In this document: one piece after another, positions 49,032 through 63,896 of the stretch
Layout of the letters: the number at the start of each line of letters is the position of its first letter
Numbering within the stretch: position 1 is the stretch's first letter
Origin: Mizuhopecten yessoensis
Lineage: Eukaryota
Reading direction: 5' to 3'
Assembly: GCF_002113885.1 (NCBI RefSeq)
Contig: NW_018408852.1
Location: 727,751 to 791,750, forward strand
Length of the DNA stretch: 64,000 bases
Made by a program: the position numbers and the translations under genes
Notes under the pieces: model-generated
Database searches by the model: none
The model's input: only the letters and a program-made list of their open reading frames with translations
Told to the model about the DNA's origin: nothing

Positions 49032-52000
49032 ACGTTTAATACGTACATTGTTTGTGAAAAAAAGTAAAATTTTAATAAAACATATTTCCAAACTGATGAA
49101 TCTTATTGAAAAATGTTGACGAAATTTAAAATATATCTGGTGTATTCCTTATTTTCTAATGTAAGATTTTTCAGACATACAAGTAGTTGCAAATAATGAA
49201 GCAATAAATGAAATTATTGTTTTCAGTTTTGTTTTTCAATTTCGGTAATATATGGAAATATTATACTACGTTTGCTTGACGTCATCACAGGTAAATCGAA
49301 ACAACGAACAGGCAAAGGGGCTTCCGCATCACAAACACACTTGAGGTAGCCCAAATCTGAGATTTGAGTCCGCCCTCAAGTACTTCATTTCAGCATCTGT
49401 GATTTGTTTTCGCCATCACAAAATCAGCCCAACTCCTCAAGCTGAGACCAAAATGCTGCGGCTGCGCAATTGCAGACTTAGGTGTGAACTCAAGCTCAGA
49501 AACATTAGATTTTCTTTTGAATTTGGCGAACAAATATGAAGTAAATCACAATGACTATTTGGTTTTTCAAAATCGTCCAATATATTTGGATACACATAAA
49601 CCATGATTTTTGACATTTTATTAACGATGAGTTAAGATACAATCGTTTGGAAGCCATGCAATAGGCTGAGTGTGATCCGGATACGGCAGTGATAGCCTAG
49701 GCCCGAGTGCAATTTAAACAAATGAATAATTACTCGTCATATAACAAACCAATTGTTTATAAACGTAAAACTAAGAATTCGATCTTTTAAAATAAAATAT
49801 TTCTATATGGTGATTTCCTTGTTTTTGTCAAGTCAGATTGTTGCGTCATGCTCCAAAAGGTTGTTGTTACAAAGAACAATGAAAACAATATTTAGGTAAA
49901 ATAACAGATAATTGAATATGTTGACATGAAAATCAGAGAATTCCTAGCAATATGTTAAAAATCATTTACACATCTCATTGAAGAATACATTCTGAAAAAT
50001 AACAACCGGAAAATTGAAAAGCGAAGACATTCGGAACTACTTCAAAAATACCCATGACAAACCATTGTTCTCCAGAAGTACTGCTTCCCCGATCTCCCCT
50101 CCCTATGGTGAGACCTGCTGTCTCTGTCACACCGACCTACATGTATGATATACGTAAACAAACTATCAACATTTCCACTTTCAACGATCATCGTAATTCC
50201 GAAATCCAGTCCCGTCAATATTATAAGCCAATCTTGCTGAGCGCTAAGACAGAGGGTTAAAAGATTTTCACAGTAAGCGTCAGAAACCAATTAAAGTAGT
50301 GCTATACATTTCACTGATCAGCTGACACGCTATTAACCAATCAAATCATCCCAAACGTGTTACATGTCGTCACACAAATCCAACTAGCATCGGTTAATTT
50401 ATTTACTAATAAATGGTATCTTTGTTTTAATATGAGGTTTGCAGTTTTTAAAGGAAACAACACTGCAGTAAACACTATGAAGTCAGCCAGCTACTGGTTT
50501 TCATTGGGATTTAAAGAACCATATTTTACAAAATCATGTCATATCGACTTGTTTCTTTCCTAATTTGGGCATCTACATTTCATTCAAGCTTATGCATAAA
50601 CCAAATACAAGATTTTATGGCGTGAATGACTCAATGACAACGACGCCTTAGTCTGCCGTTGCAGTAGTTGAAACCGTGTATAACTGTACAGCAAATGATA
50701 TTATGGTCCTATAACACACATTACTATTGATGACAAACTTAATAATATAGGACCATAACAATATTTGCTAAAATATTCATTATTCATATTTACATTTTGT
50801 AGAGTTATTACGCCTTATTTAGTTATTTCGAACAGTTTTTGAACCGCAAATCAATTGTTGACAACAATGAAATTGATGACGTCACAATAGGGGTTGATGA
50901 CGTTACATTAGCAAATGTTGTTATAGTCTCATTGCAACATTTGCCTTCGCAATGCATTGTAATGGAAGGATGCAGCACAATGTAAATATTAAGTTATGAT
51001 TTTTAAGACAGGGGTCTGACCCTCGTGTAATTCTTTTTTTTTTACTATAAAACCTTTCAAATTTTACAACACCATAAATATCTCGCCAAGCCCAATGCTC
51101 TGATACCATAAACTTTTCATACACTATATATTTCACCTTTTTTTCACGCCCGCTTTGAAAAATGTTTTACAAGTTTTTCCTTTTTACTCTATTATTTACG
51201 TAATACAAGTCCTGCATATTGAGTGAAGATATGCTGAAGATTCACCCCCTTCAACACTAGGCGGTACCCCGCGGTGTCCTGGACAGACAGTGCACGGCAA
51301 CTGACGCCAAATTCCTGATGACATTGCATGCATGCTATGATAACCATCGTACCGGCACATTTTCTTAATTATAACGTAATAATTATCGTGCACGTTCTAT
51401 TAAATCATGTGACATTTTTATGCTGCTAATAAAAGTAAAAATCTGTCAGATATATACAGATTATCTAATGAGCGCGTGATGAACGTTTGTCATTCCGCAC
51501 GAGATACCTCATTAAGAAACATGCCGAGTACCAACTTAATTAATAAAGACGAGATAATGTGGGATAACTAAACAGCCCTCGTGTTTCTCTCCAAACTTCT
51601 CACATTATCCATTTAAAATGAAAATTTATTTTAACTGATTCCGCAAGGATCCTGTGGTGTATAAAATAAGAAACTGAGAAACGACAGAGCAAACATCATC
51701 AACTTAAATCTATCTTCTAAGCTGTTAATTTGTTTTGATATTAAAGTCAGGGTTTGTAAAATATTCAAAATGTTTAACGTCCAGAACACAAAGATTTACC
51801 TCTATCATTGTGGATGTTTCCCAATGTCTTCGCTTTTACCTTGTCCATTTTTATTAAAGATTTCCCCTTGTTTGCAATGAAGCAGATACGGTATTTTTTT
51901 TCTTTGTGTATTGGTGAAGCGGCATAATTTTTGTCTTGACATATTGATGACGAAGTATCATTTTGTCGTTGTGTATTGACGATGCAGTATAGATTGTTTT

Positions 52001-54223
52001 ATTGACGATTTTATTCGTATAGAATTTTTTAACATTGAAACGGCAAACTTTTTTCAAGCAAGGTCAGTCATACTTTTATAAATGCTCGTGTACCTGTTTA
52101 ATATCGTCATTACTTTGTTGTTCCAAATATATGCCATAAATTATGATGCAATATAAAAAGAAATTACAGTTAAAGTATGTAGTGATTGACAAGTTTCTTT
52201 AAGCTATTATCCAAAACGATTGGTAAAACTCTTAGACTGGAAATGCTGCAATGGATAACAATTATAGTTTTTCTCCTCTTCTACAATTGTATGAATTAAC
52301 AAAAAAAACATGATTTGGATGGAGGGAAAGAAGGATATATCATATAAGCAGAGCGCAAAAGTCTGTTTAAATTGGCTTTATTTTTATTTATTCCCAGATG
52401 CCAACTTTGTATTTGCGGTAGATATTGTCCGGCTGATCACAATGACAACTCGATCATGTCAACCCCTCTGGATACGCCACTGTCATTCCATGTGAAGACA
52501 ATTGATACTGCTTAACAGCGTGCGTAGAGATATACGTAGTGAACGAAGAGATATAAGTAGTGAAGACAGATTCCAGATTTTCACATGTTGTGCACCGGCA
52601 CGTTTTCTAGACCCCCTGGGACCCTATACCCGAAATTTGTCAAAATTGAGATTTTGTTCAAATTCTATGTTCCTGGTTTTTATTGGGGTAGAACTGTGTG
52701 GTATTTGTTTTTACATAGTATGCTAATTTTAAGAAACATTTAAGAATGTATTTTTGTTATAGAAATACTGCGTGAGGATTCAACGTCTAAGGCATCTAAT
52801 GGCGTTTTAACCAAGCCTTCTTTATTTGTTTGATTGACAACGTGTGTCGAATAAACGATTCTGGTGACAGATGTAATCAAAATACTCGATTCCATTCCAT
52901 ATAAAAATCATTTAGCATTCTTAAGGTTTTTCTTCAAGTTAAGATAGACATTATACAGAATAGGATATGATAGGGATGAACACCAGGTCATGATCAAACC
53001 ATGAGTTGTATGACAGGTTCCATTCTCCTTCAGTCGGTTATGTATACGTTAGCTGCCAGGTTGGTCCGTACAGCGCGTGCCATGTAGGGGAACCTTAAAG
53101 GGTTGACAATTGAAGCGATCCATTCGTCATGCATGATATGAGTAATTAGTATAATTGACTGACGTCACAGAAGCAGTCACTCTGTGGGCGAAACTGCCGC
53201 GGGAATAGCCAATTACTGTTGATTAGCCCTTACTGTTCATTAGAAAACCTAATGAAAGCTGGGGTAGGGGATGGCTGGGAAGCGATTTGGTGTGTACACT
53301 CATACTTGACCCTGAAGTCGGTGTAGTCAGTATTACGAGTTTTGTTGTAAACATGCTTACTAGTTAAATGGATTCACTTACCGCAATCCATGTAATACTC
53401 GTACACATTACAAGTACTCTTCACCGTGAATTTGCTGCTTGACAAACCTCTTCCACGCTTACTCCAACTTGTGTGCATGACAGACTCTGCTAACCTTAAC
53501 TCCAACTGTTCAACATTAAATCGTTCGAAGTAAAAAAAAATGTGCAGTAGGTTGATTGTTAATTGTATATATCCGCTATATAAGAAAACGTAACGTTTGA
53601 AAGAACGATGATATCTAAACAGTGACATTTAAACACAAGTAGGTGCAGGGTCACGACATAAAAATGACTGAACGTCATGTGTATATGTCGAAAACAGAAG
53701 TGTCCCAAGTATTGTAGAAGGATCAGTAAAGTCATTAATTAATTTAAACGAAACAGTTATACACTGCAACAATCCAATCAATGCTAGAGAAGTGAAATTT
53801 CAAAACCGGTATTGTTTGATTGTTCTAAAAGATATATATTAGTATTGACCCCACGCATTATTCACAAGCCTGTGAGGCTGAGTCACCTAACGTACAATTC
53901 TTTACAGTAGTGATTAACCGTCTCTCAAACCTTAATGATCTACTTCCATCCTATCAAATGAGAATTGTCTAATTATGAAACATATCCCCCTCCCCAATAG
54001 CAGGTGCACGTTAACATGTACTCTTTCTTTTTCGGAATAGAGAACCCTTGTCAGAGCATGGTAAGATTAGTCAGAAAGATTTAGAAATAACGTCTATGTA
54101 TACTGATGATTATATCAACCGCTTTGAAATAACAAACCTCACAAGTCAGAACGACTGCAATATAATAGGATACTCACGATTCCTATTGTAAACTCTTAAA
54201 TAACACTAAATAATTGTCTGAGG

Positions 54224-54595
54224 GTGATGAAGTAAGTGTTCAGTGATGAAATAAGTGTTCAGTGATGAAATAAGTGTGCAGTGATGAAATCAGTGTTCAG
54301 GGATGAAATGAGTGTTCAGGGATGAAATGAGTGTTCAGGGATGAAATAAGTGTGCAGTGATGAAATCAGTGTTCAGTGATGAAATAAGTGTTCAGTGATG
54401 AAATCAGTGTTCAGTGATGAAATAAGTGTGCAGTGATGAAATAAGTGTTCACTGATAAAATAAGTGTTCAGTGATGAAATAAGTGTTCAGTGATGAAATA
54501 AGTGTTCAATGATGAAATAAGTGTGCCGTGATGAAATAAGTGTATAGAGATGAAATAAGTGTTCAGTGATGAAATAAGTGTTCAGTGATGAAATA
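54224..54595. repeat. Minisatellite, 19-bp unit, about 19.5 copies
   Basis: Consensus GTGATGAAATAAGTGTTCA. Confidence 0.97.
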
Positions 54596-54689
54596 CCGAA
54601 GGGTCAACAAAACTGTAATTTTAACTCGAAATCTATTACACTAGGGCGAAAAATTCAGAAAAAAAATCACATAGATAACCTTTAAAGAG

Positions 54690-54900
54690 AATAGGACCAG
54701 GTGTTCCGGAAGGATAAGCATTTTCTGCTATATTGACGAAACCTACGATGTAACTCCATGTCAAATCAAGGTTATGGACGCGACTTCAAAGCGATAACAG
54801 ATCAAGTGACAATAAAACAAATACACATACTGAAAATCATTAACCTTCATATCACACAAAGACATAACATATTTTCCAATGAGATCAAATGACGACCATC
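54690..54900 (-). mobile_element. 3' end remnant of the same Penelope-like family
   Basis: ggaccaggtgttccggaaggataagcattttctgct matches the segments at about 31410 and 41390. The adjacent minus-strand sequence reads GRH/DLIGKYVMSLC, like the PLE RT C-terminus. Confidence 0.6.
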
Positions 54901-57900
54901 CACTTGTCCTTTGTCCATAATAAATTGCATGAACGGTTATTTAAGTGTGTGAATATTGATTCAATAAATCGGTTAACAACATTTTGTTACTGAAGTCAAT
55001 TACGATGCCACATACTTCAGCTTGATAATTCTTCCATGAGCACTTCATGTGTGTGACTGATTATGACTTAAAATCGTGAAACGAAAAGCTCCTGTTTGTG
55101 GTAGAACAGCATAACTTTTGTACTTATCATTATCTTGAGGGCACGGATGTCTCCTGATGTAAAATGTGAGTGAGGGCACCATTGTATCCCAGGCAGCACG
55201 ATCAAGTATACATATCCTAAATGGAACAACATCAGTCTTACTATCAGTTAGGTAATGTAAACCAATAAAATATAACCAAGGAACTACATTGTAACAATAT
55301 CGACAACAGCTATGTCGGCGAGAAAATAGCAATGGAGGTCATTTTAAGAGCATATGTAACATTCCATCAACATCCGAGGTTTTAAATTATATCACGTGGT
55401 GTGATAAAGTATTCTGGATGTTACCATTTAAATACTCATTGGGCAAATACATCATCTTCTTCGTCAAATTTGAGCGGTTTGATTGATCTGAAAGATGAAA
55501 ACTCAAACGCTAGACTTCATATTTGAAAAAATCATGTTGTTTCCTGCACAACAGCACAGCAGACTATAAACTGATCCGTATATAAGTGTGTTAATTAAGC
55601 TAATCAATGACTCCATTTTATCCTTTAACATTGCAGTTTTGTTTCATCAAAAGGGAATAAGCTGATAAAACCATAACATTGTGCAATCCTTGTACACGGC
55701 ACTTCAATCCAAGTTTAAAGCGCCAACACTTAACACCGGGCACAAAATACCGAGATGTAAATTTATTCTTACGTACACGACAAGAATTGTCCAAACTAAA
55801 GTCGAGAGATTTCACTTGTAAGCTCCTTGATGATACAGGCGACACTGGGTCTGCCTTTCTCCTCTCACTCTTGGGGTTTGATGCGATACCTTCAAGTTTG
55901 TAGTCATAATACCGAGCCGGGCCATTTAACATAGCGGTCCCTTTAATTCCTCATCAACCGAGAGCCTGGTTTGACACTCAAAACAATGTCAGATATTCGA
56001 AAGTCTATCAGATCGAGTTTAATGACCCGCGACTGAGCGTTTAGACCGCACCGTTCGGCGGAGGTATGTGCCCAATGTTTGTCCTAATATCCTACAATCA
56101 CATAACGCTTCTGAATTGTGTAAATACGTAAAACTTAAACAAAGAAAGTGACATGTTATGGCATGGGGGATTTTATCGGGAACATTCTTTATATAGATTT
56201 AGTAGGTCATTATATGGTTTCACGTTTTTGGTTACGCGAGAAGCTAATCGTTTGGATTTTCAAAACCTTTTCAAGTTTCATTAAGTTTTAGTGTCGTCAC
56301 TAATCGCAACCTATTTTATATTTAAGGAAACAAAATAAGGAGACGGACAGTAAACACATATGTCTGAATTTAAGCAAACGTATCTTTTGAAAACAGGAAC
56401 AGGAAAGAAATGCGCATGTTTTATCTTCAACTTATTGTATTAAAATCCAAAATATTTACAATAATTTGGACAGATATAAAGAATCGTTTTCGCTTCGTAC
56501 GAAAGCTTTGTATGATTGGTGTCACGTAAAAAGATGGGATAGATAAAACATTTGGACACTGTAAACGCACGCAATAGACAGATAACGGCAAATTAATTAA
56601 CTTCACTATAGCTACATATGTTCGATACGTATTATATATTTCTTCATATTTACAATTTTATCTATCACCGAAACTCCAACATACACATGCAGTAGGGAAA
56701 GTGTCCAAGAATGGAACCCTTGTCTGCTTCCTAAAGTAGGTCACACGTTTGGTAGGATTAGCCGCCTAATCCGATTAGTGAATATAGTACACGGATATGG
56801 TAATGATACCATTTCTACACATGAAAAACTACTGCCAATGGATGGACAAATACAATAGTCCAAAACAAAGACAGAACAAAGTAACAAGTAAAATATAGGA
56901 CTACGGAAACCCAAAACGGTATCAAAGAGGGAAAAAGCCAGGTCATTTTCAGACGAAAAAATATCTTCACGTACGTTTCAGTCAATGTAATATGCTATGG
57001 GTACCAAAAATATGAAAATACTTTCATGTTAAATTCTAAGCTTGTCTCTAAGTGTATTTGCTCAAGCTCAATTATGGAGCATTTTTAAGGAATCTTAACA
57101 GATGAGGACATTGACGTATTGGAGCGATTACAATAAATGAAATAGAAAACTATGTACAAAAACTTCATTTAGTGCAATCATATAAAAGCGCAAATTATAA
57201 AGAGCGAAAAGTGCTAAAATGACAATACTGGTATAAGATGTATACGTTCACGTTACTCGTATTAATGTATATTGTACATGTTTAAATTATAATGACAGGC
57301 CTTAAGTTATCACCTATACCCGTGTAGTATATAAAATCTGTTACATTGTACATAGCGCCCTCTATCAGCGTGTTTTCGACTCGTTATGCAGGCTTTTGAG
57401 AGTAACAGTAACGATAACCCCTGTGAGATAAGACAGTGATCCGTGGCGGGGAACATCTCCGTTATTGCCGCATCATCACCACTTATGATAACTCAGGCAG
57501 TAGCATAGCAAGCTTACATTCTAAACAGAAAGTAAGCTATTTATATCTACAACTCCACTTTGAAATGATATTTTTTTCAAGCTTGTTTTCGTGAATGACT
57601 GTTAGGAAAAAGTCAGTTAAACCTAGTAACACAGCGGTTCTGTTTATGATTGAAGCAAGCCGACTGCAAGTGTTTTCTTATCCTTCAAGCTTACCATACT
57701 CGCTGTGATGAAATCTCGTCACAGGCGTTATTTCAGCAATCGGTCGATATTATGGCTTGTTGCCTCATCACATGATAGGAACATCGGGTTATCTGATAAA
57801 GTAAATAAAAGTCTAATTGATTGAATGAGATATATCTATATAATACTATTTGTGATTTACAAGAAGCAGTGACTGTCTTAGTGAAGCGGAACGTTACATA

Positions 57901-57971
57901 TATATGAATCATTCCTGGTCTCTCTGTATAAAAGGGATTCCAAGTCTATATGACGGAGCACTCTATAGATT

Positions 57972-60836
57972 TAAGGTGCAGTGAAGGATATTATGTGTTA
58001 TAAGGTGTATATAGCTGAAGGACATCATGTTTTATAAGGTGTATTTAGTTGAAGGACATCATGTGTTATAAGGTGTATATAGCTGAAGGACATTATGTGT
58101 TATAAGGTGTATATAGCTGAAGGACATTATGTTTTATAAGGTGTATATAGCTGAAGGACATTATGTTTAATAAGGTGTATTTAGTTGAAGGACATTATGT
58201 TTTATAAGGTGTATAAAGCTGAAGGACATTATGTTTTATAAGGTGTATTTAGTTGAAGGACATTATGTTGTATAAGGTGTATATAGCTGAAGGACATTAT
58301 GTGTTATAAGGTGTATATAGCTAAAGGACATTATGTTTTATAAAGTGTATATAGCTGAAGGACATTATGTTTTATAAGGTGTATATAGCTGAAGGACATT
58401 ACGTTTTATAAGGTGTATATAGCTGAATGACATTATGTTATATAAGGTGTATATAGCTGAAGGACATTATGTGTATAAGGTGCATATAGCCGAAGGACAT
58501 TATGCTTTATAAGGTGTATATAGCTGAAGGACATTATGTTTTATAAGGTGTATATAGCTGAAGGACATTATGTTTAATAAGGTGTATTTAGTTGAAGGAC
58601 ATTATGTTTTATAAGGTGTATAAAGCTGAAGGACATTATGTTTTATAAGGTGTATTTAGTTGAAGGACATTATGTTGTATAAGGTGTATATAGCTGAAGG
58701 ACATTATGTGTTATAAGGTGTATATAGCTAAAGGACATTATGTTTTATAAAGTGTATATAGCTGAAGGACATTATGTTTTATAAGGTGTATATAGCTGAA
58801 GGACATTACGTTTTATAAGGTGTATATAGCTGAATGACATTATGTTATATAAGGTGTATATAGCTGAAGGACATTATGTGTATAAGGTGCATATAGCCGA
58901 AGGACATTATGCTTTATAAGGTGTATATAGCTGAAGGACATTATGTTTTATAAGGTGTATATAGCTGAAGGACATTATGTTTATAAGATGCATATAGCCG
59001 AAGGACATTATGTTTATAAGGTGCATATAGCCGAAGAACATTATGTTTTATAAGGTGTATATAGCTGAAGGACATTATGTTTATAAGATGCATATAGCCG
59101 AAGGACATTATGTTTTATAAAGTTATATAGCTGAATGACATTATGTTATATAAGGTGTATATAGCTGAAGGACATTATGTTTATAAGGTGCATATAGCCG
59201 AAGAACATTATGTTTTATAAGGTGTATATAGCTAAAGGACAAGGTGTATATATAGCTGAAGGACATTATGTTTATAAGATGCATATAGCCGAAGGACATT
59301 ATGTTATATAAGGTGTATAAAGCTAAAGGATAAGGTGTATATAGCTGAAGGACAAGGTGTATATCGCTGAAGGACATTATGTTTTATTAGTTGTATAAAG
59401 CTAAAGGACAAGGTCTATATATAGCTGAAGGACACTAGTGTTATAAGGTGCATATAGCTGAAGAACATTATGTTTTATAAGGTGTATTTAGTTGAAGGAC
59501 ATCATGTTTTATAAGGTGTATTTAGTTGAAGGACATCATGTTTTATAAGGTGTATAAAGCTAAAGGATAAGGTGTATATAGCTAAAGGACAAGGTGTATA
59601 TATAGCTGAAGGACATTATGTTTTATTAGGTGTATAAAGCTAAAGGACAAGGTGTATATAGCTGAAGGACATTATGTTTATAAGGTGCATATAGCCGAAA
59701 GACATTATGTTTTATAAGGTGCATATAGCTGAATAACATTATGTTTTATAAGGTGTATATAGCCGAAGGACATTATGTTTTATAAGGTGAATATAGCTGA
59801 AGGACAATATGTTTTATAAGGTGCATATAGCTGAAGAACATTATGTTTTATAAGGTGTATAAAGCTAAAGGACAAGGTGTATATATAGCTGAAGGACATT
59901 ATGTTTTATAAGGTGCATATAGCTGAAGGACAATATGTTTTATAAGGTGCATATAGCTGAAGGACAATATGTTTTATAAGGTGTATATAGCTGAAGGACA
60001 TTATGTTTTATAAGGTGTATATAGCTGAAGGACATTATGTTTTATAAGGTGTATATAGCTGAAGGACATTATGTTTTATAAGGTGTATATAGCTGAAGGA
60101 CATTATGTTTTATAAGGTGTATATAGCTGAAGGACATTATGTTTTATAAGGTGTATATAGCTGAAGGACATTATGTTTTATAAGGTGTATATAGCTGAAG
60201 GACATTATGTTTTATAAGGTGTATATAGCTGAAGGACATTATGTTTTATAAGGTGTATATAGCTGAAGGACATTATGTTTTATAAGGTGTATATAGCTGA
60301 AGGACATTATGTTTTATAAGGTGTATATAGCTGAAGGACATTATGTTTTATAAGGTGTATATAGCTGAAGGACATTATGTTTTATAAGGTGTATATAGCT
60401 GAAGGACATTATGTTTATAAGGTGCATATAGCTGAAGGACATTATGCTTTATAAGGTGCATATAGCTGAAGGACATTATGTTATATAAGGTGTATATAGC
60501 TGAAGGACATTATGCTTTATAAGGTGCATATAGCTGAAGGACATTATGTTTATAAGGTGCATATAGCTGAAGGACATCATGTTTTATAAGGTGTATATAG
60601 CTGAAGGACATTATGTTGTATAAGGTGTATAAAGCTGAAGGACATTATGTTTTATAAGGTGTATATAGCCGAAGGACATTATGTTTTATAAGGTGTATAT
60701 AGCCGAAGGACATTATGTTTTATAAGGTGTATATAGCTGAAGGACATTATGCTTTATAAGGTGCATATAGCCGAAGGACATTATGTTATATAAGGTGCAT
60801 ATAGCCGAAGGACATTATGTTATGTAAGGTGTATAT
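57972..60836. repeat. Tandem satellite, 34-bp unit, about 85 copies
   Basis: Consensus ATAAGGTGTATATAGCTGAAGGACATTATGTTTT, with 33-bp and about 22-bp deletion variants. Confidence 0.98.
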
Positions 60837-63798
60837 TCCTACATGTTTTATTGTTATGCATAAATGGAAACTGCTGCTTAATAAAACGTAATAAAGCATA
60901 ATATCTTAACAAAAGAATTTTTCACTAGAAGATTGCCTTTTTTCAATGTAAACGGTGTTCTGTACATTCTAATACCAGATTTATTATTTTCTAAGTTGTG
61001 GTTTCAATACTCTTGGCCATTAACTGGCAAAGAAGTACGCCGGATGTTGGGTTTTGTGAAAATGAGGACACGTAGCAGGTGCATGTGTAGTACGCATAGC
61101 CTTTAAAATAATACGAGCACTTCCATATACATCTATGTGGAATTATCTGAAAAAGGCGGCAATGGTGTGGCCGCTCACTTCCGGTTTAAGATTCATATTA
61201 TGCACCTAGTTGTTTGTTGCAGTTTGGCTAGAGTAATAAACACGACAGATTGTGTAAATAGCAGAGGATATCGCACGCGATGTATTTATGTTAAACCCAA
61301 ACACTGAAACAAGAACTGGTGTTCCGTCGGCCGCTCGTATTTATACAAAAATACATATTTGATAGCCCCAATTTACTTTTAATGACATATGACGTCACCA
61401 ACATGGCCGCATCAAAATGTCCGCGGTTTCTTGAGATAAACGAAAAATGCCTGAGGTTAATTTGTTTAGTTATTTAGCCAACAGTGTGGATGGTCAAATA
61501 CTGACCACCAAAGAAGACAGTCAGTGGGAGGCATGCTAACCGAGATATATGATACTGGAAAACACGATATTCGGCTTTACGTGATATTCATTTTACAGCA
61601 TACTATAGTCAAAATAGAATTCAAACAAGATCCGGAAATAAGTTTTTGTTATTAAAAAAAACCCCAAAAAACGTTTATCATTAAAGGAACGGGCGACGCT
61701 TGCATTTCATTTTATAGACCAAAAAAAGAAAAAAGAGTATTCATCGGTTTTGTATCGATATCTTTCACCAAACAGAAACGGATGCTAAAATCGCCATTTT
61801 TTTAATGTTATCACATAGGACCTTAAATGAACATTGTTTGCGAAAGGTTAAACTGTTGTTATAAGTATACAGACATAGATGTAGCTTGACTTGTGTACGG
61901 GGAGCATTAACGTCACTGTTATCAGGTTATCTCTCCTTGCAGAGGCCGTCAATGAACAATTATTTATTTAAAAGTCATAAATTTTATTTATACAAGCATA
62001 TTAGCTTATTGATAAATTCGTCAGCTTAAAAAGTTTTACATGATGTTTTGGATAATTCCATCCAACGGTCCATGTTGATAGGTAAATACCAACTCCAACA
62101 TTAAGATTAGATCGACAGTTCAAGGAATGACATTTAAGATAAGCAATTCTTATATAAGCCTTTTATGCATTTTAATATCAAATTATCGAACATTTTAAAA
62201 AGAAATCGGCATTGTAAAAGTTATAAGTAGGTTTTCAAAACATAAAAATGATTTTGTGCAAATCATGACACGAGAACACTTCTCTATGGGTCTCGAGGCG
62301 TTTAGACAGAAGCAGCCAAGAATAAAGGTTACAAGAGATGAGTTATTCACAAATCAGATTGAGATTTACTTGTATATTATCTTATGTTGTATCATACGTA
62401 CTGGTGTTCGCTGTACAGGGGTAATTCATTCTGCAATATATCCCTGTGATCTTTATGTAATATAAAATACGGTATCGAATAGACACACCAGTGCAAATTC
62501 CTGAAATATATGCAGTTGGTTTTAAGTAACTTTTATTAGCATTGCAAAGATTGACCTGGATTTGAAGTTTAGACAAATTCTGTTGACCTTGTTGTCCCGC
62601 TGTTTATATGTATCTAGAGTGACCACTGTGTGATCTTGACCGTCTGTGATACTTCAGTACAGCTATAAATGTACATTAGGTTACCATCATCGCATTGTGA
62701 AGTGTATAGTTTTCCGTGAATCAGAAAGCAGTTTGATATCTATAGTTTAAACTCGTTATTATAATGAACAGTTGACCTCGTAAATTCATCCCATGACCTT
62801 TGATTTGTTAGAAATAGAGAGTTTGACAGTTGACAGAGACGCCCCCGTGCGGATAAAGTTAGATTAATTTAAGATAAGAACGACCACTCTTACAAGACCG
62901 ACTGCCGTGCTGGAGTGCTTCCTTCCTGCATACATGTAACCATTTTTGCGGGAAAACTCTCACCTCTTCAGGAAACACATTGCAGACTACAAAATATTGA
63001 AGTGAAATTATAATTGTTTGAAGTGGATAATGCATAGTGCAGAGTATAAAATCAGTTAGAGCAGTTCTCATATATACCGTGGCTGATGTGTTTTCCGGCG
63101 GGCAGGCGCAGGGAGACCGGAAATCTGTATAGGTGTTGATGTGCATTAAATCACGGAATGAATAACGAATATATGACTGTTATCTTAAAGAAAATAAAAC
63201 ATGTTTATATAGTTCGAATACATGTGCTTCGTCTTATGATTGTAATAAGATATTGTGCCATTTTCAAATCTAGTTTTTGGCGTAGTTACTTTATTTAGTA
63301 CATAGTATCTATAAATTGATATTTTTTTAGAAAAAAATCTCATATACATGTATATATATATTTATGATTTTTTTCTAAAAAAAATATCAATTTACATGTT
63401 AACCCCAGCACCAAGTACAAGTTTTGCAGATAATCAAAGTAAATCGGTTCAACCACGTTAATGACAAATTTTGTGAGCTTCTACGGGGCAAAACTTAAAC
63501 ATGTATTTACGTGTCATTTGTTTGAAAAAGATTGTTTCCATTGGCAGATGATGGACATTCTATTTCATGACGCCAGACGTGGTTATGCAGTATTGTAGGC
63601 ATTTGGTATGTCTCTTCCTGAAAATAGTAATGCATATTATGTAGTTTAGATTATAGGTACACTCAAAAATGAAAGTTCTATCAGGATTTAGGTCACCCCA
63701 CGTTTCAAACAGCGAAATGAATTACTGCACCCACACGTAATGTACTGATTTTTGAGGCCTTCCATACTGTGGTCGATGAACTGGACATGATCTATCGC

Positions 63799-63896
63799 TG
63801 GCCACCATGTTGCTCAATCGGTTCGAGCTAGATTTCGGTAGGCCCGGGTCTGGCTGTTTTATTCTTTATTCTTTCTTCCCTGTTACATTTGGTGCC
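63799..63896 (+). mobile_element. Degenerate tRNA-like segment followed by an LTR-end / primer-binding-site-like junction
   Basis: A-box-like ttgctcaatcgg and remnant ggcccgggt, then TGTTACA (63881-63887) directly followed by TTTGGTGCC (63888-63896). Confidence 0.35.

Noticed and set aside
59141-59377. 78-aa minus-strand ORF
   Set aside because: Translation of the 34-bp satellite.
1824-60836. The four tandem arrays as CRISPR arrays
   Set aside because: Units are contiguous with no unique spacers, there are no cas genes, and the context is eukaryotic.
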